Below are positions 9,243-19,175 of a stretch of 39,178 nucleotides of DNA, in pieces. The notes under the pieces were generated by a model. The model worked only from the letters and a program-made list of their open reading frames with translations. It was not told where the DNA came from and ran no database searches. The position numbers were made by a program, and so were the translations under genes. Numbering within the stretch: position 1 is the first letter of the stretch; every line of letters begins with the position of its first letter. This DNA is from Gemmatimonadaceae bacterium (GTDB lineage Bacteria; Gemmatimonadota; Gemmatimonadetes; Gemmatimonadales; Gemmatimonadaceae): positions 1 to 39,178 of the forward strand of contig JANRJP010000088.1 in assembly GCA_033763905.1 (NCBI GenBank), written 5' to 3'.

Positions 9243-10055
9243 ATGCCGCTCGCTCGCCTCACGCGGGAGTACCTCGACGGCCGCGAACTGCTCTGGCAGT
9301 TCGTTGCTCGTGAGTTGCGCGTTCGCTACCACCAGGCGGCACTCGGGCTCGCGTGGGCAGTGCTGCTCCCCGCCTTGTTCGTCGGTGGTGCGGCGTTGCT
9401 CCGACCGGCACTGACGGGCGCTGCGCCCGGGGGATCCGGCGCGCTCGATACGGCCATCCGTGGGGTGCTGTGGTCCGGCTTCTCGGCGGCGATCGCCGGC
9501 GGGACCAGTAGTCTCATCGCCAATGCCGCACTGGTCGGCAAAGTCGCGTTCGTGCGCGAGATGCTGCCGCTGTCGGCGGTGCTCGCTGTCGGTGTGGATA
9601 TGCTCGTTGGTCTGACGGTGGTGATCGCGTGGCGCCTCGTGGCGGTTGGGGCGCCGAGCTGGAACGTGTTGTGGATCGTGCCGGTGGTGCTGGTGCTGCT
9701 GCTCCTCGCAGCGGCGCTCGCGCTGCTGCTCAGCGCGGCGCAGCTGTTCTTCCGGGACGTCAAGTTCGCGGTACAGGCGGCGCTAACCGCCGGCGTCTTC
9801 GTGACGCCGGTGTTGTTCGGCGTCGAGGAGCTGGGCCGCGCCGGCCAGTGGATGCAGTGGAATCCGCTCACGCCGCTGCTGGAGGGGGCGCGGATCGCGG
9901 TGATCGATGGCGAGTCCTTGCTCCATCGCGGCGCCGGCGGCGGCTGGTGGGATCCGGCCGCGCTGGCGGCGACGGCCGTCGGCGCGTTGGTGCTCTTTGG
10001 CATCGCCGCCGTGCTCTTCGATCAGCTCGAAGATCGGTTCGCGGAGCGGCTCTGA
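9243..10055 (+). CDS. wzm: ABC-2 polysaccharide exporter permease
   Basis: RELRVRYHQAALGLAW..L.P, FFRDVKF, F.TPVLF and WNPLT motifs; multiple TM segments. Confidence 0.9.
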   Translation: MPLARLTREYLDGRELLWQFVARELRVRYHQAALGLAWAVLLPALFVGGAALLRPALTGAAPGGSGALDTAIRGVLWSGFSAAIAGGTSSLIANAALVGKVAFVREMLPLSAVLAVGVDMLVGLTVVIAWRLVAVGAPSWNVLWIVPVVLVLLLLAAALALLLSAAQLFFRDVKFAVQAALTAGVFVTPVLFGVEELGRAGQWMQWNPLTPLLEGARIAVIDGESLLHRGAGGGWWDPAALAATAVGALVLFGIAAVLFDQLEDRFAERL

Positions 10056-10057
10056 TC

Positions 10058-11248
10058 GTGGCGAGTTCCCGCGTCGGTCCGATCGAGGTCGAAGGCGTCG
10101 GCAAGCGCTTTCGTCGCGGCGTCCGGCACGATTCCCTCCGCGACGTGATCGCGAGTTGGTTCTCGTCGGCGTCGTCCCGCGACACCGCCGCTGCGGTGCC
10201 GAGGGATTTCTGGGCGCTGGAGGACGTGTCGTTCACCGTAGCGCCCGGGGAGGTCCTCGGGGTCATCGGCGCCAACGGGGCCGGCAAGTCCACGCTGCTC
10301 AAGTTGCTCACGCGTGTGATGCGGCCAACGGTTGGGCGCATTCGCACCTCGGGACGTCTCGGCGCGCTGCTCGAGCTCGCGGCGGGATTCCATCCCGATC
10401 TGTCCGGGCGGGAGAACGTGTTCCTGCAGGCAGCGATCTTGGGGATGCCACAACGAGAGGCCCGACGGCGCTTCGACGAGATCGTCGCCTTCGCTGGTGT
10501 GGAGGCGTTCATCGACACCCCGGTCAAGCGCTACTCGTCGGGGATGCACGCCCGACTCGGCTTCTCCATTGCCGCGCACCTCGAGCCCGATGCGCTGATC
10601 ATCGACGAGGTGCTCAGTGTCGGGGACTTCCAATTCCAAGCGCGTGCGTACGAGCGGATGCGGCAGTTGGCCCGTCGAGGGATTCCGGTGGTGCTGGTGT
10701 CGCACCAGCTTGAGCGTCTGGCCGAGTTCTGTACCACCGGCATCGTCCTCGAGCGGGGCCGAGTCGGAATGACCGGCGCCGTCCGCGAGTGCACGGCGTG
10801 GTATGTGTCGCGCGCTGCCACGGCGTCGGCGCCGGATCCTGATGCCGCCGTGCACCTCGAGCGCATCGTCCTCGACGGCTCCGACGACGTGGTGTCGGGG
10901 CAGCACGTGACCGTCCGAATCGTCGGGCAGGTGCGCGACGCGTCACGCCTCGCGTCGGTGGAACCCGTCGGGCTGCGCCTCCGGTCCCTTGGCACCGGGG
11001 AGGTCGTGTCGGTCACCAGCAGTACGCGCTGTGGTGTTCCCATCACGCGCGCCGGCGCCTTCTCGCTTCAGGTCACGCTGCAGTGCAACGTGCCGGCTGG
11101 TCCGTATGCGATCGAGGTCCATCCGTGGGATCGGGAACGCGAGCGGACCACACAGCCGAGTCTCGCGGCGACGATCACGGTGCGGGACGGCGCGAGCTTC
11201 GTCGGGCGCGTGCAGTTGAATCCGCAGATGGTGCTCGAGTCGTCGTGA
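10058..11248 (+). CDS. wzt: ABC polysaccharide exporter ATPase with C-terminal Wzt_C-like domain
   Basis: FWALEDVSF; Walker A GANGAGKST; PVKRYSSGM; Walker B IIDEVLSVGD; about 140 aa beta-rich C-terminal extension. GTG start inferred. Confidence 0.93.
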   Translation: MASSRVGPIEVEGVGKRFRRGVRHDSLRDVIASWFSSASSRDTAAAVPRDFWALEDVSFTVAPGEVLGVIGANGAGKSTLLKLLTRVMRPTVGRIRTSGRLGALLELAAGFHPDLSGRENVFLQAAILGMPQREARRRFDEIVAFAGVEAFIDTPVKRYSSGMHARLGFSIAAHLEPDALIIDEVLSVGDFQFQARAYERMRQLARRGIPVVLVSHQLERLAEFCTTGIVLERGRVGMTGAVRECTAWYVSRAATASAPDPDAAVHLERIVLDGSDDVVSGQHVTVRIVGQVRDASRLASVEPVGLRLRSLGTGEVVSVTSSTRCGVPITRAGAFSLQVTLQCNVPAGPYAIEVHPWDRERERTTQPSLAATITVRDGASFVGRVQLNPQMVLESS

Positions 11249-12177
11249 GTACGCCGATCGCGGTGATCATTCCGTGCCGCAACGCGGCGCCATTCCTCGC
11301 CGAGGCCTTGGCGAGTGTCGCGGCGCAGACGCGCTCGGCGCACGAGGTGGTGGTGATCGACGATGCGTCCACCGACGGCTCGGCCGACATCGCGCGCGCG
11401 GCCGGCGTGCAGGTGATCCGCTCCGAGACGCCGCTCGGCAATGCCGAGGCGCGCAACGTTGGACTGCGGGCCACGACGTCGCCGCTGATTGCGTTTCTCG
11501 ATGCCGATGACGTCTGGCTGCCGCCGCATCTGGCGACGCTCGCGGCCTTGCTGGAACAGTGGCCCGACGCGGGAGCGGCGTTTGCCACGTGCGAGGTCTT
11601 CGGCAGCGGCACTGGACTGCACCGGGGCTTTCTCGCGGAAGGCCCGCCGCAAGACGCATTCGAGAACTGCTTGCGCTGGTGGGTAGGTCAACCGACGGGG
11701 TGTATGGTGCGCCGCAGCACGCTCGATCGGGCGGGTGGCTTTGATCCGACCTATCCCGTGGGGGTGGACTTCGATTGCTGGCTCCGTCTGGCGCGCGAGG
11801 CACCGTTCGTGGCCACACACGCCGTGACCGCGCGATACCGGCGACACCCGGGTCAGGTCAGCGGTGACGGGCGGCGGCAGACCGCGATGTGCTGGCGGGC
11901 CAGATACGCGATGCGTGATCGGCTGATCGCCGAGGGCGACCCGCGCGCGGCGCGCGTGTCGGACGTGCTCGCCGAGTGGTGGGAGGCGTCGTGTCGGCGG
12001 GCCTGGGATGCCGGCGATCAGGACAGCGTACGATTTCTCGTGTCGATTCCCCCGCGCTGGGCGACGGATCGCCCGGCCGTGCCGCAATGGCAGGCGCGCG
12101 CCCGCATTCCGGCGTGGTGCGTCCGGCTGTGGCATCGCTCGGGGCTCGGCGTCACGTGGCAACGACTTCGGCAATGA
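11245..12177 (+). CDS. Glycosyltransferase family 2
   Basis: IIPCRN, DDASTD, ARNVG and FLDADD motifs; GTGA overlap with wzt. Confidence 0.93.
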   Translation: MSTPIAVIIPCRNAAPFLAEALASVAAQTRSAHEVVVIDDASTDGSADIARAAGVQVIRSETPLGNAEARNVGLRATTSPLIAFLDADDVWLPPHLATLAALLEQWPDAGAAFATCEVFGSGTGLHRGFLAEGPPQDAFENCLRWWVGQPTGCMVRRSTLDRAGGFDPTYPVGVDFDCWLRLAREAPFVATHAVTARYRRHPGQVSGDGRRQTAMCWRARYAMRDRLIAEGDPRAARVSDVLAEWWEASCRRAWDAGDQDSVRFLVSIPPRWATDRPAVPQWQARARIPAWCVRLWHRSGLGVTWQRLRQ

Positions 12178-13226
12178 CACCGACAGCACCGGTGGCCGCG
12201 CCATCGCCGACCAAGGACGTCCCGCGGCTGGCCGCGTTGGACGGCGCTCGCCTGCTCGCGGCGGCGGCGGTGATGGTCTACCACTTCTGGTACATCGCAC
12301 CCGGTGCGGTGATCGCGCGGCACGGATATCTCGGCGTGGACGTGTTCTTCATGCTGAGCGGTTTCGTGATTCTCTGGAGCGCGAATGGGCGAACCCCCGC
12401 GGCGTTCGCGCGAGCTCGCGTGCTGCGGTTGTATCCCGAGTATTGGCTGGCGGTGCTGATCTCTGCGGCCGTCTTCACGCTGAGCCCCGGCGGAATGCGC
12501 GGACCGCCGAGTGTGTCGAGCGTCCTCGCGAATCTGACGATGGTGCCGCAGTACCTGGGACAGCCGTACGTGGACGGCGTGTACTGGACCCTCGGGGCGG
12601 AGCTCAAGTTCTATCTGTTACTGTGGGGGATGCTGCTGGTGCGGCAGGCGCAGCACCTGGATCGCTGGCTGATTGGCTGGGCGCTCGTTGGCGCGATCGG
12701 TGAGTTCATCGACCTGGGCGGCGTCGTGCGGTCGCTCCTGATTCTGCCCTACGGCAGTCTGTTTGCGCTCGGCGGACTCGTGTTCGTCGCCACCGAGCGC
12801 GGGTGGACGGCCCCGCGTGCGATTGGGGTGGGGCTGGCGTGGTTTGCAGGTTGGCACGGGGCGCTCGACCGGATGGCGGCGAATATGCGCCCCGAGGACC
12901 TGACGAGCGCCGCGCGGATGGCGACCATCGGCGTTGTCACCGTCGCGACGCTGGGTTTGGCGCTGGTGCGTCGGGTGGAGCCGTCGCCGCGCGCCGCCGC
13001 GTGGCTCACCACCGCCGGTGCGCTGACGTACCCGTTGTATTTGCTGCACAATGTGCCGAAGGAACTGTTGCTGCAGCCGGAGCGTACCGTCCCGCGGGTG
13101 ATCGGACTGCCGCTCGCAGTCGTGGCGTCGGTCGCGCTGGCGTGGGTCGTGCAGCACGCGGCCGCGCGGTTCGTTCGCCCTCCCCTTGCGACGCTGCTGG
13201 GCCGCCGGCCGCGTCGCGTCGACTGA
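12174..13226 (+). CDS. Acyltransferase family 3 (OafA/YrhL-like membrane O-acyltransferase)
   Basis: LDGAR...VMVYH, GVDVFFMLSGFVI, R..RLYP, YWTLGAE..FY and YPLYLLH motifs; ATGA overlap. Confidence 0.92.
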   Translation: MTPTAPVAAPSPTKDVPRLAALDGARLLAAAAVMVYHFWYIAPGAVIARHGYLGVDVFFMLSGFVILWSANGRTPAAFARARVLRLYPEYWLAVLISAAVFTLSPGGMRGPPSVSSVLANLTMVPQYLGQPYVDGVYWTLGAELKFYLLLWGMLLVRQAQHLDRWLIGWALVGAIGEFIDLGGVVRSLLILPYGSLFALGGLVFVATERGWTAPRAIGVGLAWFAGWHGALDRMAANMRPEDLTSAARMATIGVVTVATLGLALVRRVEPSPRAAAWLTTAGALTYPLYLLHNVPKELLLQPERTVPRVIGLPLAVVASVALAWVVQHAAARFVRPPLATLLGRRPRRVD

Positions 13227-13242
13227 CGGCACCGACGGAACG

Positions 13243-13833
13243 ATGGCCAAACCCCGCAAAACGTCCCGAAGCGCGCCAGCGAAACCCGCGGCCGCGCGCG
13301 CGAAGACCACCAAGTCCGCACCGCAGAAGGCACCCACCGCCGCGCTGCCGCCGCGTCGGGCGGGCGAGGTGCGCTACTGGCTGATGAAGTCGGAGCCGGA
13401 CGTGTTCTCGTTCGACGACCTGTGGGCGGCGCCACACCGCACGAGCGGGTGGGATGGCGTGCGCAACTTCCAGGCGCGGAACTATATGCGTGACGCGATG
13501 GCGGTCGGCGACGGCGTGCTGTTCTATCACTCGAATGCCGAGCCGCCGCACATCGCCGGCATCGCGGAAGTCGCGTCGCTCGCCTATCCCGACCCCACCC
13601 AGTTCGACGCGGCGTCCGAGTACTTCGAGCCGCGCGCGACCCCCGACGCGCCGGTCTGGATGCAGGTGGACGTTCGCGCGGTCGCGCGCTTCACGTCGCC
13701 GGTCACCTTGCCGATGCTCAAGACGTCCAAGGGTCTCGAGGGATTGGAACTGCTCCGCAAGGGCAGCCGCCTGTCGGTACAGGTCGTCAGTCCGTTGCAC
13801 TGGTCGCGCATCACCAAACTGGGCGGGCTGTGA
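13243..13833 (+). CDS. EVE domain protein (PUA-like, Thy28 type)
   Basis: YWLMKSEP, WDGVRNFQARN, GD.VLFYHS, DPTQFD and SRLSVQ motifs. Confidence 0.93.
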   Translation: MAKPRKTSRSAPAKPAAARAKTTKSAPQKAPTAALPPRRAGEVRYWLMKSEPDVFSFDDLWAAPHRTSGWDGVRNFQARNYMRDAMAVGDGVLFYHSNAEPPHIAGIAEVASLAYPDPTQFDAASEYFEPRATPDAPVWMQVDVRAVARFTSPVTLPMLKTSKGLEGLELLRKGSRLSVQVVSPLHWSRITKLGGL

Positions 13834-13844
13834 CAGCCCCGCCC
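13821..13844 (+). terminator. GC hairpin spanning the EVE stop codon
   Basis: GGGCGGGCTG-TGA-CAGCCCCGCCC with one bulge; no U-tract. Confidence 0.35.
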
Positions 13845-14000
13845 AGCCGGTGATGTCGAAGCGAGCGTAGGGGAGCGCGTAAATGGATTCCGCCGCCGAC
13901 ATTTGAGACAGCGAAGTCATTCTGCTCAGTTCGTCTCCCGAGGTCGTGCCGCGCGTGTCCGCGAGGTCGGTCTCCGTTCTCTGCCGGTGTGAGGGTTCCT

Positions 14001-15296
14001 ATGCGCACGCATCACGTCTTGACCTTGGCCGCTCTGGTTGCGGTGGCCGCCTGTTCGGATTCGCCAATCGAACCTGAGCCGTCGTTGCCCGCCGGGCAGC
14101 CTCGGCCGGCCGTCACGGTCGTCACCGACACGACGCTGCTCAACAGCTATGTGCAGTCGGGAGGCGACGCGATCGTGACGATCCTCGCCGAGCCCGGGGC
14201 GCCGGCAATGACGGCGGATCTGGCCAACGACATCGAGCTGCAGCTCGAGTCGACCGTCGCCGCGCCGGTGGTCAACGGCCAGACGCTCCAGGCGACCGAT
14301 GTCGCGTTCTCGGAGACGAACGGCACGGTGTCCGACAAGTACGCGTACGTCACGTACGCGATGCGCGGCGAGCCGACGCTCGGCGCGGTGGATGTCTTCC
14401 AGATCACCGGCGGCGAGGAGGCGAAGCTGCGCTCTCGCGCCATCTTCACCGATGCCGACGTCTATTCGGCCGCGGTCTCGGGTGACCGGCTGTACCTCAC
14501 AACCAGCTCGAGCGATCCGGCGTTCACCGAGCGCGCGGTGCTCGAGGTGGTGGTGCTCGACAACAACGGCGGGCTGCCGTCGACCTACTCGTCGTTGCGC
14601 TTTCAGCTGCCGTCCTTCGCTGGCACGTCGGTGCACGTCCAGAACGGCAAGGTCTGGGCGGTGTCCGGCACCGGTGGCCCGAACACCGGCGGCCTGACGG
14701 TGTTCCAAGCGTCGAATATGGCGCGTCTGGCGACGATCACGCTGGATGACGCCCGCGGCGTCGCCGGCAGCGCGACGAGCGGGTTGGTGGTGGTCGCCCA
14801 GGGGACGCCGGGACGGACCAATCTGTTCAACCACACGACGAACGCGCGCATCGGGACGGCCATTGCCAGTGGCGGGGCCGCCACGCCCGAAGCACGGGGC
14901 GACGTCTCGGTGGACGGCAACTGGGCGTTCGTCGCCGCGAGCGAGGGCGGGACGCGCATCCTCCGGGTCGACGGCACCGGCGGCACAGTACGGGTGAACC
15001 TGCCGGCGCCGATCGTCAGCGGCATCGCGGCTGAGCTGCGCACGGTGAACGGCGTGACGACCTACCGGGAGGGGAACGAGGCCTGGATCTTCACCGCGAA
15101 CGGCGAGGCCGGGGTGTACGCCTACTACTCGAACTATCCGGCCGTGAGCAGCACCGGGACGCCGACCGTGTCGCTGATGGGCCGCCTGGCCTTCCCGGCG
15201 TCGATCAGCGCCAACTTCGCGCGGGCGGATACGCAGGGTGAGTGGCTGGTGGTCGCGTCCGGACTGGGCGGTCTCCGGATTCTCGAGATCGACTAA
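14001..15296 (+). CDS. Lipoprotein, probable beta-propeller (LVIVD-like repeats)
   Basis: Lipobox VAAC after GAGGG RBS; repeats such as YAYVT, RLYLT, WAFVAASEGGTRIL, FTANGEAGV and VVASGLGGLRIL. Confidence 0.7.
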   Translation: MRTHHVLTLAALVAVAACSDSPIEPEPSLPAGQPRPAVTVVTDTTLLNSYVQSGGDAIVTILAEPGAPAMTADLANDIELQLESTVAAPVVNGQTLQATDVAFSETNGTVSDKYAYVTYAMRGEPTLGAVDVFQITGGEEAKLRSRAIFTDADVYSAAVSGDRLYLTTSSSDPAFTERAVLEVVVLDNNGGLPSTYSSLRFQLPSFAGTSVHVQNGKVWAVSGTGGPNTGGLTVFQASNMARLATITLDDARGVAGSATSGLVVVAQGTPGRTNLFNHTTNARIGTAIASGGAATPEARGDVSVDGNWAFVAASEGGTRILRVDGTGGTVRVNLPAPIVSGIAAELRTVNGVTTYREGNEAWIFTANGEAGVYAYYSNYPAVSSTGTPTVSLMGRLAFPASISANFARADTQGEWLVVASGLGGLRILEID

Positions 15297-15323
15297 GCCG
15301 TTCGCCGGGGTCTGGCCGGGCCC

Positions 15324-15339
15324 CCACCCGAAAGGGTGG
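15324..15339 (+). terminator. GAAA-tetraloop hairpin between lipoprotein gene and gltA
   Basis: CCACCC-GAAA-GGGTGG, extendable by flanking GGG/CCC. Confidence 0.45.
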
Positions 15340-15380
15340 TCCCGTGCGTACATTCTGGCCAGACCCTCACCCTGCGCTCA

Positions 15381-16721
<1,341 letters not shown>

Positions 16722-16722
16722 A

Positions 16723-16782
16723 GCGGCGCGGCAGCGCCGCCGCAGGCCCTCGGCGGGCCGACGCCCGTGCGTCGGCCCGCCG
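16723..16782. repeat. Double hairpin (7-bp and 14-bp stems), terminator- or REP-like
   Basis: GCGGCGC-GGCA-GCGCCGC (16723-16740) and CGGCGGGCCGACGC-CCGT-GCGTCGGCCCGCCG (16751-16782). Confidence 0.65.
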
Positions 16783-16804
16783 CTGCGATGTACCCTTGGA
16801 AGGA

Positions 16805-17557
16805 ATGCCTGCGATTCATTTCGGCCCCTCTGCGGCCCCGCTGTTCGGGGTGTATCAACCGCCGCTCGTGCGTGTCGCCCGGGCGACCGGCGTCGTGCTC
16901 GCGCCTGCCTTTGGTCGCGAGTACATCCTCTCGCATTTCGCGCTGCGCACGTTGGCCGAGGCGCTGACCCAGCGCGGTGCGCACGTCCTGCGCTTCGATT
17001 ACCGGGGCAGTGGAGACTCGTTCGGCGACGACACCAGCGCGGACCTCGATCGCTGGGTCGAGGACATCCGGTCCGCGGTCGATGAACTGCGCGATACCGC
17101 CGGTCTCTCCGCCGTGACCGTCGTGGGCGCACGCTTGGGCGGTACCTTGGCGGCAGAGGCGGCGGCGCGCCACGCCGAGGGCATCGATGGCGTCGTGGCC
17201 TGGGATCCGGTGGTCGACGGCTCGGCCTACGTCCGATGGTTGCGCGATGTGCTCGGTCGCGCGCCGACGCCGCTGCCTGACGGGCGAGTGGATGTCGGCG
17301 GCCACGCGATGTCGACGGCCTTTTGGAGCGGCGTGCAGCAGTTGCAAGCGGGCGACACGCTCCGTGCGCTAGGTGATCGCCTCCGGGTGGTCATCGCCAG
17401 CGACGCGGGGACCGCGGCGCTGCTGCCGGCCGGACTGCACACCCTGCGCATCGACGCCTCGGGCAGCTTTGATCAGGCGCTCCGGACCGGCAACAGCATC
17501 CTTGGCGGTCCGATCATCGCGGCCCTTCGGGACGCCTGCGCCTCGCTCGCGCCGTGA
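16805..17557 (+). CDS. Alpha/beta hydrolase-fold protein with Arg at the nucleophile elbow (resembles exosortase-A-associated hydrolase 2)
   Basis: LRFDYRGSGDS; elbow VGARLGG; WDPVVDG..Y; GGAAGGA RBS. Confidence 0.78.
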   Translation: MPAIHFGPSAAPLFGVYQPPLVRVARATGVVLAPAFGREYILSHFALRTLAEALTQRGAHVLRFDYRGSGDSFGDDTSADLDRWVEDIRSAVDELRDTAGLSAVTVVGARLGGTLAAEAAARHAEGIDGVVAWDPVVDGSAYVRWLRDVLGRAPTPLPDGRVDVGGHAMSTAFWSGVQQLQAGDTLRALGDRLRVVIASDAGTAALLPAGLHTLRIDASGSFDQALRTGNSILGGPIIAALRDACASLAP

Positions 17558-18492
17558 TCGAACGCTTCGTCGCGATCGGCACGGCGGGGGAACTGGCCGG
17601 CATTCTCACCCAGCACGACGCCGATCAGGCGCAAGCCGCCGACGTCGCCGTCGTGTTCCTCAACGCGGGCTTCCTGCATCGCGTCGGGCCCAATCGGATG
17701 TACGTGACGCTGGCCCGCCGACTCGCGTCGCACGGCGTGCTGGCGCTCCGCTACGACGCCGCGGGCATCGGCGAGAGCGCGTCGCGCAACACCGACGCGA
17801 CGCGGCACCGTCGCGATGTCGCCGACGCCATCGATGTGCTGGACCACCTCGAGCAGCAGTTCGGCATCCGCCGCGTGATCCTCTGCGGGCTGTGCTCCGG
17901 GGCAGAACTGGCGCACGACGTGGCGGTGGTCGATTCGCGAGTCGATGCGGTGATTGCCCTGGAGGGATATTCGTATCCGACGCTGGGTCACTACGCCCGC
18001 CTCATCCGCGCGGGTCTCCGCCGCGTGTCGACGTGGCGCAACGTGCTTACCGGTCGACATCCGCTCACGCGCTGGCTCCGACCCTCGAGCCGCACGCGCG
18101 CGGCTGGGCCGTCCTTCGGATTCGGACGTGCCGGTCGCAAGCGGCCACCGCAGGCCGTCATCGCCGCGGGGCTCGCAACGCTGGTGCAGCGCGGCGTCGG
18201 GCTCCTGCTGTTCTTCGCCGGCTCCGACGAATACAGCTACGCCGCCCAGTTCCGCCGCGCCTTCCCGCGCGTGCCGTTCGGGGATCAGCTCACCGTCTAC
18301 TTCGAGCCGCACGCCGACCACACCTTTTCGGATGTCCCGACGCTTGATCGTATCGCCGAGCGGATCGAGGCGTGGGTCGTCGCGCGCTACGTGAGGCGGA
18401 GCGCGAGCCCCACAAACCGATCGAGTGCGACCGACGGCTCGAACGCCACGCGAAACGGTTTGGGCGTCTCCCAGCGGTCGTCGACGACGTAG
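17554..18492 (+). CDS. Alpha/beta hydrolase-fold protein with Cys nucleophile (resembles exosortase-A-associated hydrolase 1)
   Basis: NAGFLHRVGPNR, RYDAAGIGES, elbow GLCSGA and ADHTF; GTGA overlap with previous gene. Confidence 0.8.
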   Translation: MIERFVAIGTAGELAGILTQHDADQAQAADVAVVFLNAGFLHRVGPNRMYVTLARRLASHGVLALRYDAAGIGESASRNTDATRHRRDVADAIDVLDHLEQQFGIRRVILCGLCSGAELAHDVAVVDSRVDAVIALEGYSYPTLGHYARLIRAGLRRVSTWRNVLTGRHPLTRWLRPSSRTRAAGPSFGFGRAGRKRPPQAVIAAGLATLVQRGVGLLLFFAGSDEYSYAAQFRRAFPRVPFGDQLTVYFEPHADHTFSDVPTLDRIAERIEAWVVARYVRRSASPTNRSSATDGSNATRNGLGVSQRSSTT

Positions 18493-19175
18493 CCCAGCGC
18501 GGCGAGCTCGGACACGAAGGCGGCTTCGTGCTGGACCCGGTACGGACAAAACGCCGTTCCGATGCTGTTGAGCGTGTAGAAGGTGCGCGTGGGGTGCAGG
18601 GCGGCGGTGTTCACCACGATCCGCGCCGGGCGCGGGGCGGCTGTCGCCAGCGTTGCGGCGAGCCCCTGCGGCAGGTACTGCACGCTCCCTGACGCGAAGA
18701 CCACCGTGTGCGCGAGCGACGACGGGACGCTGGTGCGGAAGTCGAGCTGGCGCGCCGAGTCGCGGGTGCGGGCGAGCGCGGCGCCGGCGTCGGCAACCGC
18801 CGGCACATCGAACACCGTCCACCGGGCGTCCGGCGGCAGCGGCAAGCGATCGCGAAACGCGTAGTACTTCTGTCCGAGGTGGCCGCCGATATCCAGCACC
18901 TGCGTGGCGCCGTCGGCGAACGCGCGCGCGAGCCAGTGCATCGCGGGATAGTCCGACGCCAACGGCGTCACGGCGTCGCGATGCAACTCGGCCGAGTCAG
19001 GATTGTCGTAGCCGATCGGCTTCGTCTGCGGGGCGCTCGCGCGGGCCAACTCCCAGGTGTCGAAGACGCCGTAGTAGGCGTTCACGTTCGACGCCGTCGC
19101 GAAGTAGCGCTCGAATCGCGCGCGGCGCCACGCGAGAATCGGCGGCAAGGCCTTGAGGGTCTCGAGCCACGACAT
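18387..19175 (-). CDS. Putative SAM-dependent methyltransferase (TIGR04325/LIC12133-like)
   Basis: G.FDTWE.A, GYDN, VLDIGGHLG..YY, WTVFDVP and SGSVQYL motifs; TGATG coupling to the SGNH gene. Family assigned from memory. Confidence 0.75.
   Translation of the reverse strand: MSWLETLKALPPILAWRRARFERYFATASNVNAYYGVFDTWELARASAPQTKPIGYDNPDSAELHRDAVTPLASDYPAMHWLARAFADGATQVLDIGGHLGQKYYAFRDRLPLPPDARWTVFDVPAVADAGAALARTRDSARQLDFRTSVPSSLAHTVVFASGSVQYLPQGLAATLATAAPRPARIVVNTAALHPTRTFYTLNSIGTAFCPYRVQHEAAFVSELAALGYVVDDRWETPKPFRVAFEPSVALDRFVGLALRLT

Noticed and set aside
13243..13833. EVE protein as part of a modification-dependent restriction system
   Set aside because: Stand-alone Thy28-type protein with no fused or adjacent nuclease.
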